Source: an uncultured Pelagibacteraceae bacterium
Lineage (GTDB): Bacteria; Pseudomonadota; Alphaproteobacteria; Pelagibacterales; Pelagibacteraceae
Length of the DNA: 64,000 nucleotides
Direction of reading: 5' to 3'
Assembly: GCA_902561015.1 (NCBI GenBank)
Contig: CACENB010000001.1
Location: 2,130 to 66,129 of the forward strand
The notes under the pieces are model-generated. The model did no database searches. It was not told where the DNA came from and was given only the letters and a program-made list of their open reading frames with translations. This document shows positions 10,000 through 19,828 of the stretch, piece after piece (position 1 is the first letter of the stretch; the number at the start of each line of letters is the position of its first letter). Both the position numbers and the translations under genes were made by a program.

Positions 10000-11319
10000 A
10001 TGCCTAATCAAATTATAATCAAAAAAAAAATTAGAGATTTCAAAAAAAAAATTTTTGTTAGCGGTGATAAAAGTATTAGTATTAGATGGGTCCTTTTTGC
10101 CTCAATAGGCTCAGGTATTTCAAAAGCTAAAAATTTATTAATATCAGAAGATGTCCTATCAGCGATTAATATTGTAAAAAAATTTGGAATTAAAGTTGTT
10201 CAAAAAAATAATACCATTTCGGTTTTTGGAAAAGGGATCAATGGTTATAATTTTAAAAAAAATACAATTATAAATGCTGGAAATTCAGCAACCTTAGGTA
10301 GATTAATTCTTGGTTTAATCATCAACTCCACTAAAACAATTAAGTTAATTGGCGACAAAAGCTTATCAAAAAGAGACTTTAAAAGAGTAACTTCTCCATT
10401 ATCTAAATTCGGAGCTAAATTTAAATTAAGAAAAAATTTCAGTTTGCCACTTACAATCCTAGGATCAAAAACATTGAAAGCTATTAAATATCATGAAATG
10501 AGAGGCTCAGCTCAATGCAAAAGTGCGGTAATGCTTGCTGCAATGAGAGCTAATGGAACGACTTATATAAAAGCAAAAAAAAGTCGAAGCCATACAGAAA
10601 AAATGATGGAAAATTTAAACTTACCCATTCGAGTCATTAAAAAAAAGAATTATGATTTGATACAAATTAAAAAAGTAAAAAAAATTAGAACAATTAACTA
10701 TGATATTCCCTCTGACATAAGTTCTGGTGCTTTTTTTATTGCACTTACCGCACTCACTAACAATTCTAAACTTATAATAAAAAACGTAAATATAAACCCA
10801 TCAAGAGTTGGGATCATTACTATTTTAAAAAAAATGGGCGTGAATATAAATTTCCTAAATAAAAAAACTTACAAAGGAGAGGAAATTGCAGATATCAAAA
10901 TTAATAGTTCTAAATCAATTAAGCCAATCAATTGCCCCCCTGCATTAAATGCTAGCGCTATAGATGAATTTTTAGTGATTTTTTTAGTAGCAGCTAAAGC
11001 TGGTGGTATTTCTTATTTTAATGGTTTGGCCGAATTGAATAAAAAAGAAAGCCCAAGACTAAAATGGGGCTCTAAAATTTTAAACAAAATGGGTATAAAA
11101 AATATTATGACAAATGACTCGATTAAGATTTTTGGTAATCCAAATCTAAAGATTAATAAGAAAATAGTTATTAAAAATTATCTTAAAGATCATAGAGTAT
11201 TCATGACTAGTGTTATAGCCGCGTTGTCATTTGGGGGAGAATGGAAGATACATGACATTCAATCTATAAGAACATCCTTTCCAAATTTTTTAAAGATAAT
11301 AAATGAATTAAGAAAATAA
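10000..11319 (+). CDS. aroA: EPSP synthase (class II type)
   Basis: GDKSIS, SAQCKSA, RSHTE, IDEF, KESPR, DHRVFM. Confidence 0.95.
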   Translation: MPNQIIIKKKIRDFKKKIFVSGDKSISIRWVLFASIGSGISKAKNLLISEDVLSAINIVKKFGIKVVQKNNTISVFGKGINGYNFKKNTIINAGNSATLGRLILGLIINSTKTIKLIGDKSLSKRDFKRVTSPLSKFGAKFKLRKNFSLPLTILGSKTLKAIKYHEMRGSAQCKSAVMLAAMRANGTTYIKAKKSRSHTEKMMENLNLPIRVIKKKNYDLIQIKKVKKIRTINYDIPSDISSGAFFIALTALTNNSKLIIKNVNINPSRVGIITILKKMGVNINFLNKKTYKGEEIADIKINSSKSIKPINCPPALNASAIDEFLVIFLVAAKAGGISYFNGLAELNKKESPRLKWGSKILNKMGIKNIMTNDSIKIFGNPNLKINKKIVIKNYLKDHRVFMTSVIAALSFGGEWKIHDIQSIRTSFPNFLKIINELRK

Positions 11320-11987
11320 TGAAAAAAAGAAAAAAAATAATCAAGATAGCTATCGATTCACCCGCTGCTGCAGGAGCAGGAACTCAGGCAAAACTAATTT
11401 CTAAACATTATAATTTATTACATCTTGATACAGGTAGATGTTATAGATATATTGCTAATATAAAAATTTCACATCCTACAAAATATAATTTTAGATATAT
11501 TGGAGAAAAAATCAAAAAACTAAGAATTAAAGATTTACAAAATAAAAAACTTTTAACTGATAAAGTAGCGACAGTGGCTTCAATTATAGCTAAAGACAAA
11601 AAAATAAGAAAATTAGTTCACTCATTTCAATTGGACTGTGCCTATAATCCTCCACTAAAATATAACGGGTCTTGTCTAGATGGGAGAGATATTACTTATA
11701 AGATAATACCGGATGCAGAGTTTAAGTTTTTTATAACAGCTAATATTAAGACTAGAGCACAGAGAAGATATAAAGAATTGAAACGTTTTAATAAAAGCAT
11801 TAATTTTAAGGATGTGCTAAAAAGTATTAAAAAACGGGATAAAAATGACTATTCACGTAACATTTCTCCTCTTAAGAAAACAAAAGATTCGGTATTGATT
11901 AACACCACAAATTTATCTAAAAGAGCGTGTTTTTTAAAAATAAAAAAAATTATAGACAAAAAAATTAAAATTAATGGAAATTTATAA
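11319..11987 (+). CDS. cmk: Cytidylate kinase (atypical P-loop)
   Basis: HLDTGRCYR, LDGRDI, RDKNDYSRNISPL; aroA-cmk-rpsA synteny. Confidence 0.92.
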   Translation: MKKRKKIIKIAIDSPAAAGAGTQAKLISKHYNLLHLDTGRCYRYIANIKISHPTKYNFRYIGEKIKKLRIKDLQNKKLLTDKVATVASIIAKDKKIRKLVHSFQLDCAYNPPLKYNGSCLDGRDITYKIIPDAEFKFFITANIKTRAQRRYKELKRFNKSINFKDVLKSIKKRDKNDYSRNISPLKKTKDSVLINTTNLSKRACFLKIKKIIDKKIKINGNL

Positions 11988-13704
11988 AGATTTATCTAGT
12001 CCAGCATCTAAAGAATTTAAAGAACTACTTAATAGTCAGTTATCTAAATCCCACATCGAAGAAGGAAAAATTATTGAGGGAAAAATTAACAAAATTACAG
12101 AAAAATTTGTTTTCCTTTATATAGAAAACATGAAGTCCGAGCCTGTTCTTGATATAAATGAATTAAAAAATATGGGTTTAGGTGAAAAAATTAAAGTTGG
12201 TGAAAAAATTTCAGTTTTGTTGGAAAAGATAGAGGATAAAAACGGTGAAGTTCTAGTTTCAGCGAGTAAAGCTCAAAAAATAAAAGGATGGGATAAACTT
12301 GTGGAAGCTTATGAAAAAAAAGAGCCAATCATGGGTAAAATTACCTCAAAATGTAAAGGTGGTTGTATTGTAGAGCACATCGATACAGGATCTTTAATGT
12401 TTTTACCAGGTTCACAGATCAGTGATAAGCCCCTAAAAGATATTAGTCATCTTATGAACGAACCACAAAAATTTGCATTAATTAAATTAGATAAAATCAG
12501 AGGAAATGCTTGTGTATCAAGAAGAGAAATTATCTCTTCCTTTAAAAAAGAGGATAAAGCAAAAATTGTGGAAAAATACAAGGTCGGTGATATTATAAAA
12601 GGAGCTGAGGTAAAAGGTTATAGTACCTTTGGATGTTTTTTTAATGTTAATGGTGAATTAGACGTGCTTGTCCATCTTCAAGAAATAAGTTATAGCAGAG
12701 TAAATCATCCTGATGAGGTTTTTAATATAGGTGAAAAGCACGATTTAAAAGTAATATCTGTCGATAAAGAAAAGTTACAAGTAGGATGCTCAGTCAAACA
12801 AATGTCTCCAGATCCTTTCGAGCAAATTGATGATTACAAATTAAACAATACTTATAAATTTGTTGTGAAAAAACTTCAAGATTTTGGGGCCTTTTGTGAA
12901 CTCACAGAGTTACCTGGTTTAACTGCATTACTGCATTCATCTGAACTTAGTTGGAGTAAAAAAAATGTTTCGGTAAAAAAAATGTTTAAAGTCGGTGATG
13001 AAATTGACTGTGTGATAACAGAAATAGATAAAGAAAAGAGAAGAGTAGCAATTTCTCATAGGTTAACATTGGAAAACCCATTCGAAACTTTTAATAAAAA
13101 ATATCCAGTTGGAACGATTGTTAATGGTGAGATAATCAACAAAAATGATTATTCATTATTTATAAAGGTTGAAGATATTAACATTGATACTTTCTTACAT
13201 TGCAATGATCTAACTTATCTTAATAACGGAGAAGAAGAACTAGCAAAATATAAAAAGGGTGACAAAATAAAAGTTAAAGTATTGGAAATTAAAGTTGATG
13301 AACAAAAAGTTAGAGTAGGATATAAACAAACACAAAAAGATCCACTAGATTGGTTTAGTGATAAGAAAAAAAATCAAACTATTACTGTTAAAATTATATC
13401 AACAGATAATAAAGGATTAGTTGTAAGACCAGAAGGGTGTGAAATGGATTTTGTCATTAAAAAATCTCAAATAGCAATCAATTCAGCAGATGCCCGCCCG
13501 TCTAGATTTACTGGTGGAGAAAAAATAGATTGCGCTATTTCTGAAATAGATTTAGATAAGCGAAAGGTTTCATTAAGTATGAGGCTTCTAGAAGAAATAG
13601 AAAAAAGAGAAGCACTTAAAAAGTATGGAGCAGAGGGATCTGGAAAAAATCTTCCTTTTTCTTCTTTATCTGATGACTTAAAGAAAAAAGACAAAGAAAA
13701 ATAA
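11974..13704 (+). CDS. rpsA: 30S ribosomal protein S1
   Basis: Tandem S1 domains, FLPGSQ, VSRR; synteny. Confidence 0.95.
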   Translation: MEIYKDLSSPASKEFKELLNSQLSKSHIEEGKIIEGKINKITEKFVFLYIENMKSEPVLDINELKNMGLGEKIKVGEKISVLLEKIEDKNGEVLVSASKAQKIKGWDKLVEAYEKKEPIMGKITSKCKGGCIVEHIDTGSLMFLPGSQISDKPLKDISHLMNEPQKFALIKLDKIRGNACVSRREIISSFKKEDKAKIVEKYKVGDIIKGAEVKGYSTFGCFFNVNGELDVLVHLQEISYSRVNHPDEVFNIGEKHDLKVISVDKEKLQVGCSVKQMSPDPFEQIDDYKLNNTYKFVVKKLQDFGAFCELTELPGLTALLHSSELSWSKKNVSVKKMFKVGDEIDCVITEIDKEKRRVAISHRLTLENPFETFNKKYPVGTIVNGEIINKNDYSLFIKVEDINIDTFLHCNDLTYLNNGEEELAKYKKGDKIKVKVLEIKVDEQKVRVGYKQTQKDPLDWFSDKKKNQTITVKIISTDNKGLVVRPEGCEMDFVIKKSQIAINSADARPSRFTGGEKIDCAISEIDLDKRKVSLSMRLLEEIEKREALKKYGAEGSGKNLPFSSLSDDLKKKDKEK

Positions 13705-13732
13705 GGAAATATAATTGTAAAGAAGAGACAAA

Positions 13733-14026
13733 TTGGTTGTTGTAAAGTCAAAACTTTTAAAACAAATTTCTAAAAGCTTTCCAAATTTTCAAAAAAAAGA
13801 TATTGAAAAAGTGACAAATATTATATTTTCAGAGTTAAAGAAAGCTTTAAAAAGAGAAGAAAGAGTGGAAATTAGGGGTTGGGGTTCTCTTAGCATACGT
13901 AATCAAAAATCATCCATAAGAAGAAATCCTAAAACTGGTGAGAAAATTGCTGTACCAGCTAAGAAAGTAATTCATTGGAAAATGAGTAAAGAAATGTTTA
14001 AAAAGATTAACAATGAAAAAGAGTAA
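13733..14026 (+). CDS. ihfB: Integration host factor beta
   Basis: RVEIRGWGS, RNPKTGE; follows rpsA; TTG start. Confidence 0.88.
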   Translation: MVVVKSKLLKQISKSFPNFQKKDIEKVTNIIFSELKKALKREERVEIRGWGSLSIRNQKSSIRRNPKTGEKIAVPAKKVIHWKMSKEMFKKINNEKE

Positions 14027-14687
14027 AATATTTATTGCTTGTGATACTACAAAAATTTCAAAAATAAAAAAAATTATTAAAGATACTCAAAACAGTAAAT
14101 TAAAAATTGGATATAAATTAGGTTTAGAATTTTTAAACTCAAAAAATGGTAGAATTTTTTTATCTAAATTAAGAAATAAGATTATATTTGCAGATTTAAA
14201 ACTTAATGATATTCCAAATACTTGTGCATCAACAATAAAAGCAATTAAAGATTTAAAAATTGATTACTTAACTATACATATTAGTTCGGGATTAGTTGCC
14301 CTTAAGGCTGCAAAAAAGATATCCGGTAAAATAAAACTAATAGGTGTGACGGTTCTTACTTCTTTGGATAATAAAGCATTGAGAGAAATTGGATTTAATA
14401 AAGATGTAAAAAAATTAGTACTTCACCAGGCAAAGTTGGCTAACAAAGCAAAATTAGATGCTATTGTTTGTAGCGCACAAGAGGTAAAATTGGTGAAGAA
14501 ATTTTTTAAAAAAGAAATAATAACTCCAGGGATTAGATTTTCTAAGATGACAAATGATCAAAAAAGAGTTTTAACGCCTAATGAAGCTTATGCAAATGGA
14601 GCTGACTGGTTGGTGATAGGTAGAGACTTAACTAAAGGCAACATTAAAAAAAATACACAAATATTAATTGATCACCTAAGTCAATGA
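14013..14687 (+). CDS. pyrF: Orotidine-5'-phosphate decarboxylase
   Basis: DLKLNDIPNT, VTVLTS, TPGIR, DQKR. Confidence 0.96.
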   Translation: MKKSKIFIACDTTKISKIKKIIKDTQNSKLKIGYKLGLEFLNSKNGRIFLSKLRNKIIFADLKLNDIPNTCASTIKAIKDLKIDYLTIHISSGLVALKAAKKISGKIKLIGVTVLTSLDNKALREIGFNKDVKKLVLHQAKLANKAKLDAIVCSAQEVKLVKKFFKKEIITPGIRFSKMTNDQKRVLTPNEAYANGADWLVIGRDLTKGNIKKNTQILIDHLSQ

Positions 14688-15301
14688 TTAGAGGTATAAA
14701 AATTTGTGGGGTTTCAGATCCCAAAACATTAGACTTTATTTTAAATCATCCCCACCCACCAAAATTTATAGGTTTCATTACTAACTATGAAAAAAGCAAA
14801 AGATTTATTGAATATGAAAAATTAAAAAGTTTAATCAATGTTGATAGAAGACAAGTAAAGTTTACTTCTGTACTTGTAAAACCCACTGATGAAATTTTGG
14901 AAAAAATAAAAAGTTTAAATTTTGATTATTATCAACTTTATGACGTAGATCCTGTTAGAACAAGAGAAATAAAATTCAAATATAAAATTAAGATAATTTC
15001 TGCAATTACTATTTCCAATAAAAATGATGTAATCAAATATAAAGATTATTCCGATGTTTCTGATATAATTCTATTTGACTCGAAGGGCTACCATAAGTCA
15101 GAAAGTTTTGATCACAATCTACTAAATGGAGTATCTAAAAATTTGAATAAAATGATTGCGGGAAATATTCAAATAAATGATATTCCTAACTTTAAAAATA
15201 AAGACTTTATAATTGACCTTAGTGGAGCACTTGAGGACATGAATGGAAAAAAAGATATTAATAGAATTAATAAATTGTTAAATTTATCATCAAAAATATG
15301 A
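14684..15301 (+). CDS. trpF: Phosphoribosylanthranilate isomerase (divergent)
   Basis: IKICG, LFDS; position before trpB. Confidence 0.85.
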   Translation: MIRGIKICGVSDPKTLDFILNHPHPPKFIGFITNYEKSKRFIEYEKLKSLINVDRRQVKFTSVLVKPTDEILEKIKSLNFDYYQLYDVDPVRTREIKFKYKIKIISAITISNKNDVIKYKDYSDVSDIILFDSKGYHKSESFDHNLLNGVSKNLNKMIAGNIQINDIPNFKNKDFIIDLSGALEDMNGKKDINRINKLLNLSSKI

Positions 15302-16533
15302 AACTAAAAAAAGGAATACCCGTAATAGATCAGGGAAATAATCTGGGATTTTGGGGAGGTAAATTCGGAGGTAACTTTGTTCCTGAGACTTTGAAAAAAC
15401 CAATAGAAGATTTAGAAATTTTATTTAATAAACTGAAAAAAGATAAAAAATTTATCGCTGAAAGAGATAGACATTTTAAGAATTGGATTGGAACACCTAC
15501 TCGTTTCATAAAATTAGAAAACTTAACAAAATATGTTGGAGGAGCACAGATTTGGTCCAAGGTTGTGTCCGATGCAAATGGTGGTGCACATAAAATCTAT
15601 AATGCTACAGTTCATTGTTTACTGGCAAAACGCTCTGGAAAGAAAATTATATGTGGAGACACTGGTGCTGGATATGCAGGAAAAATGCTAAGTATGGCAG
15701 CTAAAAAATTTGGTTTAAAGTGTAAAATTTTTATGGGAGCAAAAGATATTGAGAGACAACAGCCAAATGTAAGAGCTATGAAAAAAAATGGTGCAGAAGT
15801 AATACCTGTATATTCAGGGAGCCAAACGCTAGTTGATGCTGTCTCTGAATGTATGCGTTTCTGGGTTGCTAATTGTGACACTACAGCTATGTGTGTTGGG
15901 AGCACTGTAGGTCCAGCTGTTTTTGTTCGCATCTGTGGGTGGAGCACCAGTCAAATATCTAGAGAGTTGAAATTTCAATTGATTAATGAATTTGGTTCTA
16001 TTCCAAAAAAACTTAAACTATATAATTGTGTAGGTGGTGGTAGCTCAAGCTTCGGTTTTTGGAACGAGTTTATGGATTATGACAAAAAACAATGTGAGTT
16101 TATTGGGGTTGAAGCTGGAGGACCTAAAAAAAGCAAAAGACATGCAGCACCTTTGACCTACGGTTCAAAAATTGGAATACTACATGGCGCAGCCCAATAT
16201 GTAAATCAGAATTCAGATGGACAAATAGAAGAAACAGAATCTATTTCTGCAGGGCTTGACTATCCAGGAATTTCTCCACTTCATTGTTTTCTCAAAGATA
16301 CTAAAAGAGCAAGATACACTGCTGCGAGTGATGAAGACGCATTAAATGCCTATAAGCTTGTAACAAAATATGAAAAATTAAGACCATCTCTAGAACCAAG
16401 TCACGCCTTTTCAGTTGCAATAAAAGAAGCAAAAAAAATGAGTAAAAATACAATTGTTGTTGTTAATAGTTGCGGGGATGCTTACAAAGACAAAAAAATT
16501 TTGGAAAAAAGACTTGGTAAAAAATATGTTTAA
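15298..16533 (+). CDS. trpB: Tryptophan synthase beta chain (divergent)
   Basis: FGGNFVPETL, GAHK, CVGGGS, SISAGLDYPG, LEPSHA. Confidence 0.93.
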   Translation: MKLKKGIPVIDQGNNLGFWGGKFGGNFVPETLKKPIEDLEILFNKLKKDKKFIAERDRHFKNWIGTPTRFIKLENLTKYVGGAQIWSKVVSDANGGAHKIYNATVHCLLAKRSGKKIICGDTGAGYAGKMLSMAAKKFGLKCKIFMGAKDIERQQPNVRAMKKNGAEVIPVYSGSQTLVDAVSECMRFWVANCDTTAMCVGSTVGPAVFVRICGWSTSQISRELKFQLINEFGSIPKKLKLYNCVGGGSSSFGFWNEFMDYDKKQCEFIGVEAGGPKKSKRHAAPLTYGSKIGILHGAAQYVNQNSDGQIEETESISAGLDYPGISPLHCFLKDTKRARYTAASDEDALNAYKLVTKYEKLRPSLEPSHAFSVAIKEAKKMSKNTIVVVNSCGDAYKDKKILEKRLGKKYV

Positions 16534-17326
16534 CCCAATTGATCTGGCTTTTAAAAAAGCTAAAGAGGAAAATAGACCAGCTCTTTTAACGTATACAGTG
16601 GCAGGTGATAATACCAAAAAACAATCTTTGGTAATACTCAATGCCATATCAAAACATGCAGATATTTTAGAACTAGGAGTCCCACATAACACACCAGTCG
16701 CAGATGGAAGCCAAATACAAACAAGTTCATATAGGGCTATAAAAAATGGAATTAAAACAGAAGATGTTTTTTGGATAGTCAAAAAATATAAAAAAAATAA
16801 AAATTCAAAGCCTATTATTTTAATGGGTTACTACAATATGATTTTTCAATACGGTAAAAAAAAGTTTTTAGAAAAATGTAAAAAAGTTGGTGTTAATGGT
16901 TTAATTGTGGTTGATTTCCCTTGGCCAGAAAATAAATCTTTTTTAAAAGAATGCAAAAGGAAATCAATTTATTTAATTCAACTTTTATCACCTACTACAT
17001 CAAATGAAAGACTTAAAAAAATAATTAAAAACTCACACCCTATGAATTACTTTATATCCATGCTATCTACTACAGGGGGTAAACTAAAAGTCTCTCCAAA
17101 AAAAATTATGTTAAATTACTTTAAAATTAAAAAAATAAATCCAAAAAAAAATGTTGTAATAGGCTTTGGAATTACGGAAAAATCAATAAAATCTCTTAAT
17201 AAAGCAGACGGATTAGTGGTAGGAAGTGCGATTTGTAAAGAAATTACAAATTCAATCCAAAAAAGACAAAATCCTGTCACAAATGTTGCTAATTTAGTTA
17301 AAAAGCTTAAATATAAAATTTTATGA
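16526..17326 (+). CDS. trpA: Tryptophan synthase alpha chain
   Basis: LELGVP...ADG, ILMGYYN, VIGFGI, ADGLVVGSA; ATG at 16526 overlaps the end of trpB. Confidence 0.95.
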   Translation: MFNPIDLAFKKAKEENRPALLTYTVAGDNTKKQSLVILNAISKHADILELGVPHNTPVADGSQIQTSSYRAIKNGIKTEDVFWIVKKYKKNKNSKPIILMGYYNMIFQYGKKKFLEKCKKVGVNGLIVVDFPWPENKSFLKECKRKSIYLIQLLSPTTSNERLKKIIKNSHPMNYFISMLSTTGGKLKVSPKKIMLNYFKIKKINPKKNVVIGFGITEKSIKSLNKADGLVVGSAICKEITNSIQKRQNPVTNVANLVKKLKYKIL

Positions 17327-18258
17327 ACTGGATTACCAAAATAATAAAAGCTGGTGAAAAAATTAAGTCTGTTCTTCATAAAAGAGCTACAAAAGAAGAT
17401 ATAGCTAATAGTGACTGGACATCTTGTTGTAAAGGTCCTATTTTAAAAAAAGACCTTCAGAAAAACTTATGGGTGTGCCCAGAGCCTGAGTGTAACAAGC
17501 ATCATAGAATTACCCCTAAACAAAGATTTGATATTCTTTTTGGAGAAAAAAATTATGAAATTTTCAAAACTCCAATTCCAAAAGATGATCCCTTAAACTG
17601 GACTGATTCTAAATCTTATAAAGATAGACTAAAAAGTGCTAGAAAAAAAACAGGAATGGATTGTGGAATGATGGTCGTCTGTGGATTAATAAGTAACATT
17701 AAAATTACAGCTGTTGCATCTGACTTTGATTTTTTAGGAGCATCAATGGCTGCTGCAGAAGGTGAGGCATTTTTATATGGTATTCAGCACGCAATAGAAA
17801 ATAAAACTCCTTTTTTATGTGTAAGTGCTGGTGGAGGAATGAGAATGATGGAAAGTTTAATTTCATTATCACAAATGACTAGAACAACCTTAGCGATTAA
17901 TGAATTGAAGAAAAACAACCTCCCATACATTGTTTGTATTACTGATCCAACTGCTGGAGGCATTACTGCATCGTATGCTATGCTGGGTGATATTCACATA
18001 GCAGAACCAGGTGCTTTGATTGCATTTGCTGGTGCAAGAGTAATTCAAGGTACCGTTAAAGAAGAATTACCTGAAGGTTTTCAAAAAAGTGAATATGTTG
18101 AAAAAACAGGTTTTGTAGACTTGATTGTTGATAGAAAAGATCTTCCCAAAAAAATTGGAACTTTATTATCAATATTGTTAAAGAAAAATTCTGTTATAAA
18201 TTCTGAAGAAAATGAAACTTCAGAAGATAATCAATCGCTTACAAAAGCTGCATCCTAA
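17323..18258 (+). CDS. accD: Acetyl-CoA carboxylase carboxyltransferase beta
   Basis: GGMRMMES, DPTAGG, FAGARVI, LPEGFQ. Confidence 0.96.
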   Translation: MNWITKIIKAGEKIKSVLHKRATKEDIANSDWTSCCKGPILKKDLQKNLWVCPEPECNKHHRITPKQRFDILFGEKNYEIFKTPIPKDDPLNWTDSKSYKDRLKSARKKTGMDCGMMVVCGLISNIKITAVASDFDFLGASMAAAEGEAFLYGIQHAIENKTPFLCVSAGGGMRMMESLISLSQMTRTTLAINELKKNNLPYIVCITDPTAGGITASYAMLGDIHIAEPGALIAFAGARVIQGTVKEELPEGFQKSEYVEKTGFVDLIVDRKDLPKKIGTLLSILLKKNSVINSEENETSEDNQSLTKAAS

Positions 18259-19480
18259 AGAAATTGATCTTAGCCTTGATCGTATAAAAAATCTTTGTGA
18301 AAAATTAGGAAATCCACAAGATGAAATAAAATGTATACAAGTTTGTGGCACTAATGGGAAAGGTAGTACAATTTCTTTTTTAAGATCTATACTTCGAGAA
18401 GCTAATATTAAATGTAATATATACACTTCTCCTCATGTAAAGAGTATTAATGAGAGATTTGTTTACAATGATAAAATGATTAGTGATAATGATCTATCAG
18501 ATTTATTATCTAAAATTGAAGAAGTAAACAATGATCAACCTTTAACATATTTTGAAGCTCTCACAGCTGCATTTTTTTATGGATGCAAAAAGTATAATGA
18601 AAATCTTGTGATTACAGAATTTGGCCTATTTGGGAGAGGGGATGCTGTAAATATTTTAAAAAAAAATCTTTGTAATATAGTTACCTCATGTAGTGAAGAT
18701 CATTTAGACTGGCTGCCAGAAAATGACAGAACTATTGAAAGAATAATTTTTGAAAAAACCTCCTCTTTACTGAATTCAAACATAGTAGTTGCTAAACAAA
18801 ATTCTAATGAAATTATAGAATGTATTAAAAAAAATATATCTGATAATAGTGCAAATAAATTTTTTTTTAATGAAAATTACAATTTTGTTTTAAAGGAGAA
18901 TAATTTCTTTTATTATGAGGATAAATATGGTGGTTTAAAAATTCCAAAACCCAATTTAAATGGACAATTTCAACTTGAGAATGCTGCTACAGCAATTGCA
19001 ACATTAAGAATTTTAGATGATATAGAAATTAAGGACCAACACATAATAGATGGAGTTCAAAAAGCATCCAATATTGCTAGACTTGAGGAAATCAAATCTG
19101 GTAAACTTAAGAACTTAGTAAAAAATAATAGACTGATCCTTGACTCTTCGCATAATCCTAGTGGAGCAAAAGTTCTTAATGAGTATCTTCAGACTTTAGA
19201 TTGTAACAAACATGTTATTATAGGGATGATGGCTAATAAAAATCACGAAGAATATATAAGTTATTTTAAAAATATTTCATCTTTAACAACAGTTGATATA
19301 CCAAATCAACCTAACGCGATAAGTGGAAAAGAATTAAAAGAAAAATTTAAGGATATACCTAATGTTATTTATAAGGAGAGTATTCAAAAAGCTATTCAGT
19401 CAATAAACTTAAAAGATAATGATTTGCTTTTAATTACTGGTTCATTATATTTAAGTGGTGAATTTTTAAATATTAACTAA
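18212..19480 (+). CDS. folC: Folylpolyglutamate synthase/dihydrofolate synthase
   Basis: GTNGKGST, YTSPH, HNP, TGSLYL. Confidence 0.95.
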   Translation: MKLQKIINRLQKLHPKEIDLSLDRIKNLCEKLGNPQDEIKCIQVCGTNGKGSTISFLRSILREANIKCNIYTSPHVKSINERFVYNDKMISDNDLSDLLSKIEEVNNDQPLTYFEALTAAFFYGCKKYNENLVITEFGLFGRGDAVNILKKNLCNIVTSCSEDHLDWLPENDRTIERIIFEKTSSLLNSNIVVAKQNSNEIIECIKKNISDNSANKFFFNENYNFVLKENNFFYYEDKYGGLKIPKPNLNGQFQLENAATAIATLRILDDIEIKDQHIIDGVQKASNIARLEEIKSGKLKNLVKNNRLILDSSHNPSGAKVLNEYLQTLDCNKHVIIGMMANKNHEEYISYFKNISSLTTVDIPNQPNAISGKELKEKFKDIPNVIYKESIQKAIQSINLKDNDLLLITGSLYLSGEFLNIN

Positions 19481-19794
19481 ATGTTTTTTTCCAAGAACTC
19501 TTTCATATTGCTCTCTGGAACTCCACCAACTTTTCTATCAACTTCAACACCTTTTTTATAAATTATGACAGTTGGGACACCTCTTACTCCTGCGGCACTT
19601 CCTGTATTTATGCCTCCATCTTCAATATCAGCGTAATAAAAACCAGCTTTATCCTTGTACTCATCAGCTAACTTATCCATTATTGGTTTCAATGTCTTAC
19701 AAGGACCACACCAAGCAGCTGAAAATTGAATTACAGATACATCTTCGCTTTTAATTTTACTCTCAAAATCTTCATCTTTAAAATCTATAAGCAT
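19477..19794 (-). CDS. trxA: Thioredoxin
   Basis: WCGPCK, GVPT. Confidence 0.96.
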   Translation of the reverse strand: MLIDFKDEDFESKIKSEDVSVIQFSAAWCGPCKTLKPIMDKLADEYKDKAGFYYADIEDGGINTGSAAGVRGVPTVIIYKKGVEVDRKVGGVPESNMKEFLEKNI

Positions 19795-19828
19795 AATATG
19801 GGTTTATTAATAATAATCGTAAAGTCAA

